Assembly (NCBI RefSeq): GCF_039654945.1
Contig: NW_027361819.1
Coordinates: forward strand, 4,588,001 to 4,652,000
DNA length: 64,000 nucleotides
Origin: Dendrobates tinctorius
Taxonomy: Eukaryota
Reading direction: 5' to 3'
The notes under the pieces were generated by a model. That model was not told the origin of the DNA and did no database searches. It saw only the letters and a list, made by a program, of their open reading frames with translations. Positions 9,901 through 21,258 of this stretch are shown here, piece after piece (positions within the stretch are counted from its first letter, which is position 1; each line of letters opens with the position of its first letter). The position numbers and the translations under genes are program-made.

Positions 9901-12827
9901 CCCGCCTGATGGCTACGTTTATGGTAATTTAGATAATCTATGTGGTCGTACACTTCCCCGCATTCAACACATGTGTATTCAGGCTCTTGGTCTTCTGCTG
10001 CAGAGTCCAAATGTTCACCTTTAATAACCAGGTTATTGGAATGGTCCCATTCAGAGTCTCCTATAAAGTTTACATCTTTTTTAACCTCTGTTGAGCTGGA
10101 CTTGAGGACCTGGTCATCCCATCGGTCTCCTTCTAGGGATGCATGCACCATTTGGTGTGCCAGCAAATCAGTTTCGGTATGAAACATCTCCCGACAGCTG
10201 ACGCAGCCATATACGCCTTTAGCATCAGATGGATATGAAAGATGTGAATAGAGAAGCGCTTGGTCAGACATTTCTTTCGGTTCACTCTTTTTAATTTTGT
10301 GGTGAATTCGAATATGATTTTTTAAGGCAGCCATGTTCTGTACATGTTTGGCGCAGTAAGGGCACACATAGTCACCGGTTTGGTGAGTTCGTTTGTGGTT
10401 TATTAGGCTTCCTGAATGTCTATAGGACTTACTGCACAGATTACATTTATACACTCTCCTTCCCGGGTTCTCGGAGGTTCCTGTAACCTTTCCATGAGGT
10501 TTTTCTCCTTCCTTTACTTTGAAAAGATCATTTTCTGGACTTGTACCTTGAGCATTGGTGGGCGTTTTTGCAGGAGTTACAGATATTGCGCTCAGACAGC
10601 TCCGTCTAGAGGATTGAAAATTCTCAGAATGGTTAAATAACATTCCAAATGGTGAAAGAATTTGGGACTCGTTTAAGAGTTCTTTTCCTGCTCTTTGACT
10701 GGTAGTCGCTCTTTGGGGTATTCTCTCATTTAACTTTACAGAATTGGCAAGCGAGTGACTCTTGCTTTGCAAAAATCTGGGCCTGGTCCGAAAAAAATGG
10801 CGGCCCTGTCGGGATGATATATTTTTTCTTCCTGCATATGATCTACTGTGGAATCGAACATGATTTCTCAGAGCCATTACATTAGAATATTGCTTTGGAC
10901 AGATTGAGCACTGATATACTCCAGTCTTGTGCGTCAGCTTATGGTTTATTAAACTACTTTTGTGCCGATATGTTCTGCCGCAAAGTTCACACTTATGTGG
11001 CCGATCATCTGGTGATTGGTGATGCTCTTCAAGGCCGGAAGATTCCTCTTCTTTAAAGGTAACTGGATCAGGTGGAGGTATTGCAACACTAGTGTCAGTA
11101 TTTTGGAGATCATCATCATCATCATCTTTACGTTCGAGTTTAACATCAAATTCAGTAGCTAAGGAGTCTTGACTACATGGCTGAAAAACCAGGCTGTCCA
11201 TTTCCATCTTTGCTTCTGGAGGAAGGGCAGGACCACTAGAATAAGCAGAGTCGTCACTGCTAGCTTGTGAAACTTGAGGAGTTTCTTGCCAAATGCCTGA
11301 TTCAGGAACCTCCTCCACTGGTTTATCGATCAATATTTCACTTATTTCTTGCTTCTGGTGAAGAAAGTGATGTTTTAAAAAGTCATTCTCATTAGTAGAA
11401 GTGACAGAGTTTCCATACTCAAACGAATCTTCTTGGTTTTGACAGATATCTTCGGACAGGCTGGCAGAAGGAAAGTGAGCATCTTCTATTCTCTTCTCTG
11501 CCTTAGACTTGAAGTGAGCCCGGAGATGGTTCTTTAAGGCAGCCATGTTGAACATCTTTTTGGAACACAACGAACAGCTGTACACTCCGGTTTGGTGAGT
11601 TTTTTTGTGATTTATCAGGCTTCCTGCATGCCTGTAGCTCTTTCCACACTCCTGGCACGTAAACCGTCTATCTCCAGACTTTGAATCTTCGTCATTAGCA
11701 TCATCATATTCTGTGAAATCAGTCGTCTTTTCCTTAGCGTCATCTTCATTTGTATCGATGATCGAGTCTGAACCGAAGGGTGTATCTGTCACATCATCAT
11801 GGTTAGGCTTTGTAAAAGGACTTAAAGTTTCAGGGCCATCTTGACAGTGGCTTTCCAGAACAGGGACAGAGTCTGGATCTTCAGATTTAATTTGCTTGGA
11901 TAAATCGGGTAAGCTAGGTGGATGATTTGCTTTTTCTACTGGCTCTAATACTTCATTCAAGTCTAAATGGACACCGGCATTTTTTCCAGAAGTTAGAGGC
12001 GATTTACAACTTCGACGTGCTCTAGAGTCTGAATGGAGACGACAATGGTTTTTCATCGCCATAAGGTTTGAGAACTCCTTAAAACAGACGGCACACTGGT
12101 ATACTCCAATAACGTGACTCTGCTTGTGGTTGGCGAGACTTCCTGCGTGTTTATAAGCTTTTCCACACTGCGTACACTTATATCGATATTCCTCCGCGTT
12201 ACTGTCATTTGGCTGATCCTTCTCGTCTGTAAATACTTCATATTCCACAGATTCCTCTTTTACGGGGGCCTCGTCTTCTGCCTTTTCATCAGGATATTTC
12301 AAGATGAGCTGAGGGAAATCCACAGGTAACATGGATTCAGCAATATAGTTCTCTAAGTTTGTCATTAGGTTGCTACTTTCCACTAATACTGGGGATTGCA
12401 TTTCAAACTTGGTGTTTCTTGTGTTTTTTTCCACATTGGGAGTAGTATAGTAAGCATGCAAGGATTTCCGATGATTGTACAGCTGCTGGGACATCCGAAA
12501 AGCTTCTCCACACTGTTCACACTTGAATCGTTTCTCCTCCGAGTGGGTTCGCAGATGACTTTTCAGGCCCATGGGGTTGGAATATTCTTTCTGACAGATC
12601 AGACAAGTGTAGAGACCAACTTGATGAGTCTTCTTATGGTTGACCAAGCTTCCGGCATGACGATAACTTTTGTCACACTGGTTACACTTATAAGGTCGAT
12701 CTTCTCTGTGGCTTCCATGGTGACTATCAAACTCTGTTAGACCAGAGGAAGACATGGGGCCCTGGTCGCAGTTCAGATTCTGATTTGGAGATCTGTCGGC
12801 TTGATTGGTTCCATCATCTATATTCAT
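6936..12827 (-). CDS. ZNF646: Zinc finger protein 646 (multi-cluster C2H2 protein, ~1963 aa), single coding exon
   Basis: Uninterrupted ORF. The track starts at a TTG (12851); the first in-frame ATG is 12827 (MNIDDG...). It carries the repeated ZNF646-type finger pair CxxCGxSYRHAGSLxNHKKTH-xxG-xYxCxxCxKxFxNLMALKNH. Head-to-head with ZNF668 as in human. Upstream acceptor ttttttgtctttatag|G puts the exon start at 12989. Confidence 0.93.
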   Translation of the reverse strand: MNIDDGTNQADRSPNQNLNCDQGPMSSSGLTEFDSHHGSHREDRPYKCNQCDKSYRHAGSLVNHKKTHQVGLYTCLICQKEYSNPMGLKSHLRTHSEEKRFKCEQCGEAFRMSQQLYNHRKSLHAYYTTPNVEKNTRNTKFEMQSPVLVESSNLMTNLENYIAESMLPVDFPQLILKYPDEKAEDEAPVKEESVEYEVFTDEKDQPNDSNAEEYRYKCTQCGKAYKHAGSLANHKQSHVIGVYQCAVCFKEFSNLMAMKNHCRLHSDSRARRSCKSPLTSGKNAGVHLDLNEVLEPVEKANHPPSLPDLSKQIKSEDPDSVPVLESHCQDGPETLSPFTKPNHDDVTDTPFGSDSIIDTNEDDAKEKTTDFTEYDDANDEDSKSGDRRFTCQECGKSYRHAGSLINHKKTHQTGVYSCSLCSKKMFNMAALKNHLRAHFKSKAEKRIEDAHFPSASLSEDICQNQEDSFEYGNSVTSTNENDFLKHHFLHQKQEISEILIDKPVEEVPESGIWQETPQVSQASSDDSAYSSGPALPPEAKMEMDSLVFQPCSQDSLATEFDVKLERKDDDDDDLQNTDTSVAIPPPDPVTFKEEESSGLEEHHQSPDDRPHKCELCGRTYRHKSSLINHKLTHKTGVYQCSICPKQYSNVMALRNHVRFHSRSYAGRKNISSRQGRHFFRTRPRFLQSKSHSLANSVKLNERIPQRATTSQRAGKELLNESQILSPFGMLFNHSENFQSSRRSCLSAISVTPAKTPTNAQGTSPENDLFKVKEGEKPHGKVTGTSENPGRRVYKCNLCSKSYRHSGSLINHKRTHQTGDYVCPYCAKHVQNMAALKNHIRIHHKIKKSEPKEMSDQALLYSHLSYPSDAKGVYGCVSCREMFHTETDLLAHQMVHASLEGDRWDDQVLKSSSTEVKKDVNFIGDSEWDHSNNLVIKGEHLDSAAEDQEPEYTCVECGEVYDHIDYLNYHKRSHQAGIFQCSFCPKEYPSLSALRSHFETHTKPQTLRTTVISGSDGNDFVDHQVPADNHYDCGHCGLIFSNEVDFHQHQVAHEKQQGMAESVPEMQEVQEPEFSFSMHSSERELLNRIKSEIEETERSENLDGGSQLSHICGFCGETYDDLESLKAHSSIHQNEDSSANENIPPKPDENRQQPCPKPTVECSESSPKNGESPESRPYTCKQCGKTYRHGGSLVNHKKTHLVGNFQCVACSRHYPNLAAYRTHLRHHPKCKQSSAMNNLHDLQTSTLQDHIYLSENHRSLPFSPYLPGDSRSQHGPDKCDNSTSVSPSSKTTLHKKNLRRLFSHQIGSISEDQITQQISGSMSGADSVEDSKVQACKSCGKMFHVKDLALHLSYNCVRALSKLHDTLVECKEEIHDLPVLPDISRSQIEQETGLQKRPFHCEVCSRSYRHAGSLINHKQTHKTGIFRCPICQKRFFNLMAMKNHNRIHFELKRHKCLDCGKAFRLQKQLDTHQRIHRQRASAKKPGRRNRKSRYRRFAQGHHKKSIMQGPSEASIEKVIGTVEMRSASRLKSKMDPDSRPYQCQECGRSYRHAGSLFNHKKSHKTGQYHCSVCDKTYRNLMALKNHQRTHYEAKRHPCSQCGKTFKWRRQLFRHQIVHVPQGSQSDSRITSRTEAKAITDQQVENSTNGHEASNFKEDVSNGENEMKSHSCEENRSDVSAKSGALESLQSEEPHGCDICGHIDHHAGSLCSHMSKRESEKYKCSVCPNEFLNPIAMNTHLQTHSPEKHRRGVNCEQTFQSSQELIIHNTVHVKGNPFQCPTCNHGFSCEQTLRHHQRTHEQLSSQSSSLFLSTRRPNNENKTLPSDEKSPNHNDQASQGDRKYKCKQCGRSYLHASSLFNHRKTHSIGVYKCPNCLKEFFNLLAFKNHLRIHRYNCKECGKAFRNSSDLVAHSEMHQEGSFTCSLCNKHFLCRSSLKNHQRIHDNQDGDILDPQAVSKFMVEVT

Positions 12828-13259
12828 TCTGGAACGTATGAGGTTGTCCAAACATGGGATCTCCTCCGATCAGAAGGGGATCGAGCTACATCTTTAAATC
12901 ATTTCTTAAACGTGGAGTCGTCTCAGGGTAGATGCATCTCTTGCATGTCGGATCCGAGTCTGGTCCCGTGAACTTCTTAAATATTCATCCTATAAAGACA
13001 AAAAAAGAAAAATAAATGTTGACGTGATTAATGTGACTTAACCTGGATCATAGCAGAAGAACAACAAAATGATTCAACCATGAAGTCTGCTCTAGTCTAT
13101 CCGTGGGGTTCGTCCCAGAGACTACGTTATGTGTACGGCCACCACATACAGGTAGGGAATAATACTGAATCTATGCAAGAAAGATGATCTGGATAATCAG
13201 TTAAGGGGGCTGAAGTTCACTGTAAAAGGCTAAAATAAACACAACACAACTATTCTTGG

Positions 13260-13660
13260 CTTAAAAGCATTTTTTTTTTTGCAATAGGGTTTCATTAACA
13301 ATTCTGGAGTGATCGTCACCGACATCCTCTACGTATCACAGTACATAGACTGCAGGAGGGGAGATCAGCGATTGTGATCGGCGTCACTTTTAATCTCTTC
13401 CACCGAAACACCATTTAAGCTGATTTATGACCACACGAAAGTGATATTGTGAACTTCTATCACAAATCAGCCTAGAAGAGGGTTCAGAAGAGAGAAAGAT
13501 TACAGGCCATAATGAGAGCCCAACAATCACTCGTGACTATCCCTGCAGTCCGCCATGTACTGTCATACATAGAAGATGTAGAAGCTAAAAGCTGCAAACT
13601 AAACAGTATTGTAAGAATGGATTTTAATCAAAAGTAAAAAATAAAAACACCCCAAAGCAG
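13260..13660. mobile_element. Decayed palindromic MITE in ZNF646 intron 1 (ends approximate)
   Basis: catcctctacgtatcacagtacatagactgcagg (~13323) is an imperfect inverse of cctgcagtccgccatgtactgtcatacatagaagatg (~13542). Central gctgattt...aaatcagc. Confidence 0.5.
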
Positions 13661-14296
13661 TTTTATAGGATGCAAATATGGTCAGCTAAGAGATGATTTC
13701 ATGGTCTAATATGTACAGAGGCCACCCAACCATCGTGGCAGTGCTGAGGTTCAACGCGTCCGATCCTTTCCTCCAACTAGGAGGGTCGGGCAGCGACTTG
13801 TTCCAATCACCTCATTAAATACATATATTCTGCTTAGTGCACGTTTATGAGTCGGGCGAAATCCCAGCAGAGGACTTGAGGGGGTTGTCCGGCACCGCTC
13901 GCTTTTGCATGCAAACTCAGATCCTGAAGGTAAAGCGTTACTTGATTCATCTGGATGTTGAGCTTATGACTGCAGTTTGCTTATCAGCGGGGGTGCGGGA
14001 ATATTCTGTGTGGTCCTTCCTTTTTAACGGAAAGAATTGAGAAAGCATGGTGGACACAGGGCTATATGGAGGGGGGAGCTCTATAGGAGGTGGCACAGCT
14101 CCTCTATACATCCATGTGCTTTCCCATCCGCAGAGGCTTTCTGTAATCTCTGGATTAGTCCGGACCCCACATAACGTATACACCGCTAGTGGGAACATAT
14201 CACCTCATGGAGGGAACTTCCCCACTGTGGAGTCCTAGTATGAAGCCGCCTGCATTCCTGCTGAGCGCACAGTCAGGTGCACCGTCTACACGAAGG

Positions 14297-16383
14297 CGGC
14301 AAGCAGGCGAACAGGGGCAGCAGGGAGCCAAGAAGAGGGCAGCAAGCAGGCAGATTGGCAGCAGAGCGCCAACACGGGGCAGCAAGCAGGCAGACGGGCA
14401 GCAGAGAGCCAACACGGGGCAGCAAGCAGGCAGACAGGGGTAGGAGGGAGCCAACACGGGGCAGCAAGCAGGCAGACAGGGGCAGCAGGGAGCCAAGATG
14501 GGGCAGCAAGCAGGCAAACAGGAGCAGCAGGGAGCCAAGACGGGGCAGCAAGCAGGCGAACAGGAGCAGCAGGGAGCCAAGACGGGGCAGCAAGCAGGCG
14601 AACAGGGGCAGCAGGGAGCCAAGACGGGGCAGCAAGCAGGCGAACAGGGGCAGCAGGGAGCCAACCCGAGGCAGCAAGCAGGTGTACAGGGGCAGCAGGG
14701 AGCCAACACGGGGCAACAAGCAGGCGAATGGGGGGCAGCAGGGAGCCAACACTGGGAAGCAAGCAGGCAGACAGGGGCAGCAGGGAGCCAACCCGGGGCA
14801 CCAAGCAGGCAGACAGGGGCAGCAGGGAGCCAACCCGGGGCAGCAAGCAGGCAGACGGGCAGCAGAGAGCCAACACGGGGCAGCAAGCAGGCAGACAGGG
14901 GTAGGAGGGAGCCAACACGGGGCAGCAAGCAGGCAGACAGCGGCAGCAGGGAGCCAACCCGGGGCAGCAAGCAGGGGCAGCAGGGAGCCAAGATGGGGCA
15001 GCAAGCAGGTGGTGAACAGGGGCAGCAGGGAGCCAACATGGGGAAGCAAACAGGGGCAGCAGGGAACCAAGATGGGGCAGCAAGCAGGCGAACAGGGGCA
15101 GCAGGGAGCCAACCCGGGGCAGCAAGCAGGCGAACAGGGGCAGCAGGGAGACAGGGGCAGCAGGGAGCCAACACAGGGCAGCAAACAGGGGCAGCAGGGA
15201 GCCAAGATGGGGCAGCAAGCAGGCAAACAGGAGCAGCAGGGAGCCAAGACGGGGCAGCAAGCAGGCGAACAGGAGCAGCAGGGAGCCAAGACGGGGCAGC
15301 AAGCAGGCGAACAGGGGCAGCAGGGAGCCAAGACGGGGCAGCAAGCAGGCGAACAGGGGCAGCAGGGAGCCAAGACGGGGCAGCAAGCAGGCGAACAGGG
15401 GCAGCAGGGAGCCAACCCGAGGCAGCAAGCAGGTGTACAGGGGCAGCAGGGAGCCAACACGGGGCAACAAGCAGGCGAACAGGAGCAGCAGGGAGCCAAC
15501 ACGGGGCAACAAGCAGGCGAACGAGGGGCAGCAAGCAGGCGAACAGGGGCAGCAGGGAGCCAACACAGGGCAGCAAGCAGGCAGACAGGGGCAGCAGGGA
15601 GCCAACACAGGGCAGCAAACAGGGGCAGCAGGGAGCCAAGACGGGGCAGCAAGCAGGCGAACAGGAGCAGCAGGGAGCCAAGACGGGGCAGCAAGCAGGC
15701 GAACAGGAGCAGCAGGGAGCCAAGACGGGGCAGCAAGCAGGCGAACAGGAGCAGCAGGGAGCCAAGACGGGGCAGCAAGCAGGCGAACAGGAGCAGCAGG
15801 AAGCCAAGACGGGGCAGCAAGCAGGCGAACAGGGGCAGCAGGGAGCCAAGACGGGGCAGCAAGCAGGCGAACAGGGGCAGCAGGGAGCCAACCCGAGGCA
15901 GCAAGCAGGTGTACAGGGGCAGCAGGGAGCCAACACGGGGCAACAAGCAGGCGAACAGGAGCAGCAGGGAGCCAACACGGGGCAACAAGCAGGCGAACGA
16001 GGGGCATCAGGGAGCCAACACGGGGCAACAAGCAGGCAGACAGGGGCAGCAGGGAGCCAACCCGGGGCAGCAAGCAGGCGAACAGGGGCAGCAGGGAGCC
16101 AAGAAGAGGGCAGCAAGCAGGCAGACGGGCAGCAGAGAGCCAACACGGGGCAGCAAGCAGGTGTACAGGGGCAGCAGGGAGCCAACACGGGGCAACAAGC
16201 AGGCGAACAGGAGCAGCAGGGAACCGACACGGGGCAACAAGCAGGCGAACGGGGGCAGCAGGGAGCCAACCTGGGGCAGCAGGGAGCCAACCCGGGGGCA
16301 GCAAGCAGGCGAACAGGGGCAGCAGGGAGCCAACACGGGGCAGTAAGAAGGCAAACACGGGCAGCAGGGAGCCAACACAGGGC
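14297..16383. repeat. 42-bp purine-rich minisatellite, ~50 copies, ZNF646 intron 1
   Basis: Unit ggggcagcaagcaggcgaacaggggcagcagggagccaagac and variants. Stop-poor, which explains long ORFs in all frames. Confidence 0.95.
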
Positions 16384-18881
16384 ACTATCCTGGTGACTGC
16401 AGCAATACCCTTATTGCCCCTATGTATCTTGCATTCTCATAACTTGGGGTTTGTGCTTACATAGCCTCTCTAAAGTGAGCTGCACATGGCCTAATTCTCT
16501 GCCTAATCGGATGGTCGGTCCGAGGAGGGGAGGTGTACTGAGTGTATCTGACGACCATGGCTCGGGGCCACGGTATTCCTGGAATGGGCCGAGATGTCAC
16601 AGTCTGATAAGCATCACTTGCCCTATACCTCCCGCTTTCACCGCTTGTGACCCAGGTGAGCACACGTAGCACTCAGCCATGAAGCCGCCCGTAATCTCAG
16701 TGCAAACAGATTCAGCAAGAACCAATTCTCAGCAATCAGTAAGTAAACAGCTCTTCACACTGAGCTAGACGAAGCGCAGATGTGGAGAGTCCTTGTGATC
16801 GCAGCAGGAGAGCCAATGACAGGGGGATGTGACCCCTCCGTGTGAGCCACAGTCTATAGATAAAACTGAAGAACGGCAGAGACTGGATACGGCCGGGAGC
16901 CACCACAGTCAAGTCATCAACCACGCAATCGTTCTTTTTGCCCACTTTTATGGGGGGGGGGGGGGGGAACCTTGGTTTTTAGGTATTTTTACTTTCATAT
17001 CAATCATGACTTTTCCACCAGTTTTTCCGGTGTTCTCTGTGAGAGCCGCCATCAGATTTCTTGGATCGGTCTTTGTAAATCCAACTTGCTGCGCTGACTA
17101 CAACGATGCCCAGGATTCGGGAAGTAACCAGTGACCCTAGAATTCGCTACTGTCCCCATCTTCGTTTTTAGGACAAATGACCACTAATGGTAGTTTTGTT
17201 TTTATACCGGGGGGTTTATCACACCCCATTGAAAAGGTCATTTCCACATGTAGAGAGACTGCCATTCCTGCCTGCAGCTCCAGGGATCGGTCAGATAACA
17301 GTAAGGAGAAGATTTCCACTTTGCGGTAAACTGGAGTTACTGGTGTTTGCTTTGGCCTCCTCTGGATTAACTGGGAATGTGAGAATAAAACATGAACTTC
17401 TGCCAATGACGTGATCCCGACGCTACGAGCAGAGTAAACAGTGTCAGCGGTGTAAGGAAAGGATCAACGCAGGCGAGGCCTCGGGGGCGATCACTCACAA
17501 TGCACATTCCCGGCTGTGGGTGATCCTGCCCGAGGGCGATGGACAGGATCAGCCGCGAACTTCATCGCGGAAGTAGAATATTATGTAACAGGAGACCAGG
17601 AGCCGAAGGAGACGCAGGAAACGCCACCCGGCATTGCCAAATAATAAGCAACCGAGAAGATTCTCCGAGGAGCATCCGCCCGGCACCGCCATACATTAAG
17701 CCGAGGAACGCAAGGATTTCCTACACAGCTGAGATTGGATTTTTTGCTTTTCTTCAAGTCCTCAATAAACAAGTCAGTGATGAATTCCGGACGTCGGGGA
17801 GGAGCTGGAGAGCCAGGGATGTAGTCGCTGGTGGTCTGGGTCACTGGTGTCTGGTCCTCCCCCCGGTAGGAAGCAGGACGGTGACAGCACATCATTCTGC
17901 AGCAAACATGGGGACAGTCTCATTGCCACTCCAAAAGATGCCAGAAGTGGGTGCACCTCTGTCTTTTTACAAGGCTACTACAAAAGGCACAAATTGTGGC
18001 CCAAGTGTTTGTCTGCACCAAGGTGAGAAGTTGGCTTCTACACACCAGTCCTGACTGTGACAAGGGCTTATAGGTCAAGTGCACTCGACAAACCCAGTAA
18101 AGTCACGCTAGGGCTTATTTTCAGGGGAAATCTTTACACCACTGCTGTCAAATGACACCACTGCAGCAGCGCACAGGGCCAGCGACCACAGGGGGGGCGC
18201 AACAACCACAGGAAGGGGGGGGCAGCTCCCGAGGAAACTATTATATTCAAAAGATAGTTGGCAGTAACACTGTTTGCTTTTTTCCTTCTTTCTTTGGTCA
18301 TCAAACTCCCCCCCAAATAAAAAAAAAATTATCTAAGTGAACAAAACGTAGTATTCACCCCTGCATGGTATCGGTACCAGACAGCTCGCCAAAATGAAGA
18401 CAGCCACGGATAGAAAAAATGGCAACAACAAAACAAAATGTATTTTCTTAAAAATATAAAAAAGGATAAAATAAGAAAACAACAAGGTTGACGTCGCCAT
18501 AATCGCACTGATCCGGAGAATCTTGTTGCATTTTATTTCTACATAATAAAAACTACAAGGACAATCGTGTTATTTTTTTTAGAATTTCACTGCACTTGGA
18601 ATTTTTTCACTTTTTTCCCCAGGACATTATATGGTACCGTCCAAAACAACAACTCGTCCTGCAAAAAACAAGGCTCAAACGGTGACGGGAAACAAAGAAA
18701 AGAGTCATGTCCCCTGGAAGAAGCTGAAAGGAACGAAACCACAAACCCCACAAAAGCGGCCATACTCGTCATGTACGGAGCCGCTCGTCAGGGTGCGGAA
18801 TCACATTGGGCCAGGGGGGTTTATCGTATCATACGGCGTGAGAGGGGATCATATCAGGCCAGAAGAGTGTGGGGGGGCCCA

Positions 18882-20240
18882 TCATATCTGGGCAGAGGGG
18901 GGGGGGGAGATCATATCTGGGCAGAGGGGGGGGATCATATCTGGGCAGAGGGGGGGATCATATCTGGGCAGAGGGGGGGGATCATATCTGGGCAGAGGGG
19001 GGGGATCATATCTGGGCAGAGGGGGGGGGATCATATCTGGGCAGAGGGGGGGGGATCATATCTGGGCAGAGGGGGGGGGATCATATCTGGGCAGAGGGGG
19101 GGGGGATCATATCTGGGCAGAGGGGGGGGGATCATATCTGGGCAGAGGGGGGGGGGATCATATCTGGGCAGAGGGGGGGGGGGATCATATCTGGGCAGAG
19201 GGGGGGGGGATCATATCTGGGCAGAGGGGGGGGATCATATCTGGGCAGAGGGGGGGATCATATCTGGGCAGAGGGGGGGATCATATCTGGGCAGAGGGGG
19301 GGGATCATATCTGGGCAGAGGGGGGGGATCATATCTGGGCAGAGGGGGGGGATCATATCTGGGCAGAGGGGGGGGATCATATCTGGGCAGAGGGGGGGGA
19401 TCATATCTGGGCAGAGGGGGGGGATCATATCTGGGCAGAGGGGGGGATCATATCTGGGCAGAGGGGGGGGGATCATATCTGGGCAGAGGGGGGGGATCAT
19501 ATCTGGGCAGAGGGGGGGGATCATATCTGGGCAGAGGGGGGGGATCATATCTGGGCAGAGGGGGGGGATCATATCTGGGCAGAGGGGGGGATCATATCTG
19601 GGCGGGGGGGGGGATCATATCTGGGCAGAGGGGGGGATCATATCTGGGCAGGGGGGGGGATCATATCTGGGCAGAGGGGGGGGATCATATCTGGGCAGAG
19701 GGGGGGGATCATATCTGGGCAGAGGGGGGGGATCATATCTGGGCAGAGGGGGGGGGATCATATCTGGGCAGAGGGGGGGGATCATATCTGGGCGGGGGGG
19801 GGATCATATCTGGGCAGAGGGGGGGGGGTCATATCTGGGCAGAGGGGGGGGGTCATATCTGGGCAGAGGGGGGGGGGGTCATATCTGGGCAGAGGGGGGG
19901 GGATCATATCTGGGCAGAGGGGGGGATCATATCTGGGCAGGGGGGGGGGATCATATCTGGGCAGAGGGGGGGGGATCATATCTGGGCAGAGGGGGGGGGA
20001 TCATATCTGGGCAGGGGGGGGGGGATCATATCTGGGCAGAGGGGGGGGGATCATATCTGGGCAGAGGGGGGGGGATCATATCTGGGCAGAGGGGGGGGAT
20101 CATATCTGGGCAGAGGGGGGGGGATCATATCTGGGCAGAGGGGGGGGATCATATCTGGGCAGAGGGGGGGGGGTCATATCTGGGCAGGGGGGGGGGGGTC
20201 ATATCTGGGCAGAGGGGGGGGATCATATCTGGGCAGAGGG
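18882..20240. repeat. ~24-28-bp minisatellite with poly-G tract, ~55 copies
   Basis: Unit gatcatatctgggcaga(G)n. Confidence 0.95.
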
Positions 20241-20362
20241 GATGGTATCAGGGCAGTCTGTTATATCATGCCTCCTGCCCGTTATTATGACGTCACCACA
20301 CGATTATCTCCGACCCTACACAGCAGCTCAGGTGTAATGGGGACAATGGAGGACGCACTCAC

Positions 20363-20520
20363 CATGGGTCCGGGTGCAGCAGTGTCAGCGCCAGGCTGTG
20401 CCGCCCTCCTTTGCCCCTCGGTGATGCCCCCGGAGCCGGCGGGTGAGGGGCCCGGCCCGAGCGATCAGCTCCACATCTCTTATACCATCTCTCTGCCCAA
20501 CAAACACTTCCTTTTGTTGC
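20363..20520 (-). other. ZNF646: Probable first (5'UTR) exon of ZNF646; 5' end approximate
   Basis: Consensus donor CCCATG|GTGAGT on minus at 20363/20362, in GC/CpG-rich sequence next to the shared promoter. Confidence 0.6.
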
Positions 20521-20990
20521 TAGGAAACAGGAAGTGTGCACCGCACAATGTCTCCCTTCTCGTGATCACTACCTACTCCGGGAGTTCCTTTTCATTCCGG
20601 TGCCCGGATGTAATATGGCGGAGGAGAGGATTCCAGGTTTAAAAATGGAGGAGCAGTAGCCAATAGGAATGGAGCAGCTTGAAAGTTGTTTGGGTGCAGG
20701 TAGCGATAAGGGGAGAACCGACCAATCAGTGAAGGGGGAGATTTTCCGCCTCTCCCTGTGCGCACGTCTGAAGTCTTCTCTCTGGAAACATGAGATGAGA
20801 GAAAGAGTTCCGTCCGGCTGATAACCAGCTTTCTGCAGGCTGGGTGCGGTACGCGGCTGCTGGGCGGGGGGGTCGCTCTGGGCCGGCTTCTCACAGCTAG
20901 TGCTCTGTGTTTTTTTAGTCTCACTTTATGGATCGAACGGTGGAGGGAAGCTAATAGTGAAGCACCGAGAACTTCCGGCGTCGGCTCCTC
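20500..20990. promoter_or_regulatory. Bidirectional CpG-rich promoter shared by ZNF646 and ZNF668
   Basis: Lies between divergent splice donors (20362 minus, 21098 plus). ETS cores AGGAAGTG 20529 and ACTTCCGG 20971, YY1-like AATATGGCGG 20612, CCAAT boxes 20660 and 20722. Confidence 0.75.
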
Positions 20991-21097
20991 CTCAACCCCC
21001 AGGGTCCTAGGTCCGGCCATGTTCAGCTTTGTCTGCTGCTGGAGCTCTGAGGCTGAGTGAGGGGAGCGGAGGGTGTAACGGCCGCCAGAAGCCCCAG
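20970..21097 (+). other. ZNF668: Probable first (5'UTR) exon of ZNF668; 5' end approximate
   Basis: Donor CAG|GTGAGC at 21097/21098 just downstream of an ETS site. Confidence 0.6.
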
Positions 21098-21258
21098 GTG
21101 AGCGCCGTGCGGAGGGGAGGCGTCCGTATACGGAGCCTGGGCGCTCTGAGGTCCGTATATACAGAGCTGGGCTGTGCAGAAGGCTGAGGCAGGACGAGGG
21201 GATGCTGCAAAGCCGGAAAGGGAGAAGCTTCGTACATGGAAGGGTTAATAGTAATCAA

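Noticed and set aside
14200-16464. Cys/Pro-rich (keratin-associated-like) or Gln/Gly-rich ORFs of 570-700 aa
   Set aside because: Open in nearly all six frames because of the 42-bp repeat. No unique termini, and located in ZNF646 intron 1.
16400-18100. Possible extra ZNF646 5'UTR exon (minus-strand GTGAGT at ~17498) and short ORFs
   Set aside because: No convincing partner acceptor or protein similarity. Needs RNA-seq.
18567-20642. Gly-rich ORFs
   Set aside because: Variable G-run lengths shift frame constantly, which is incompatible with coding constraint.
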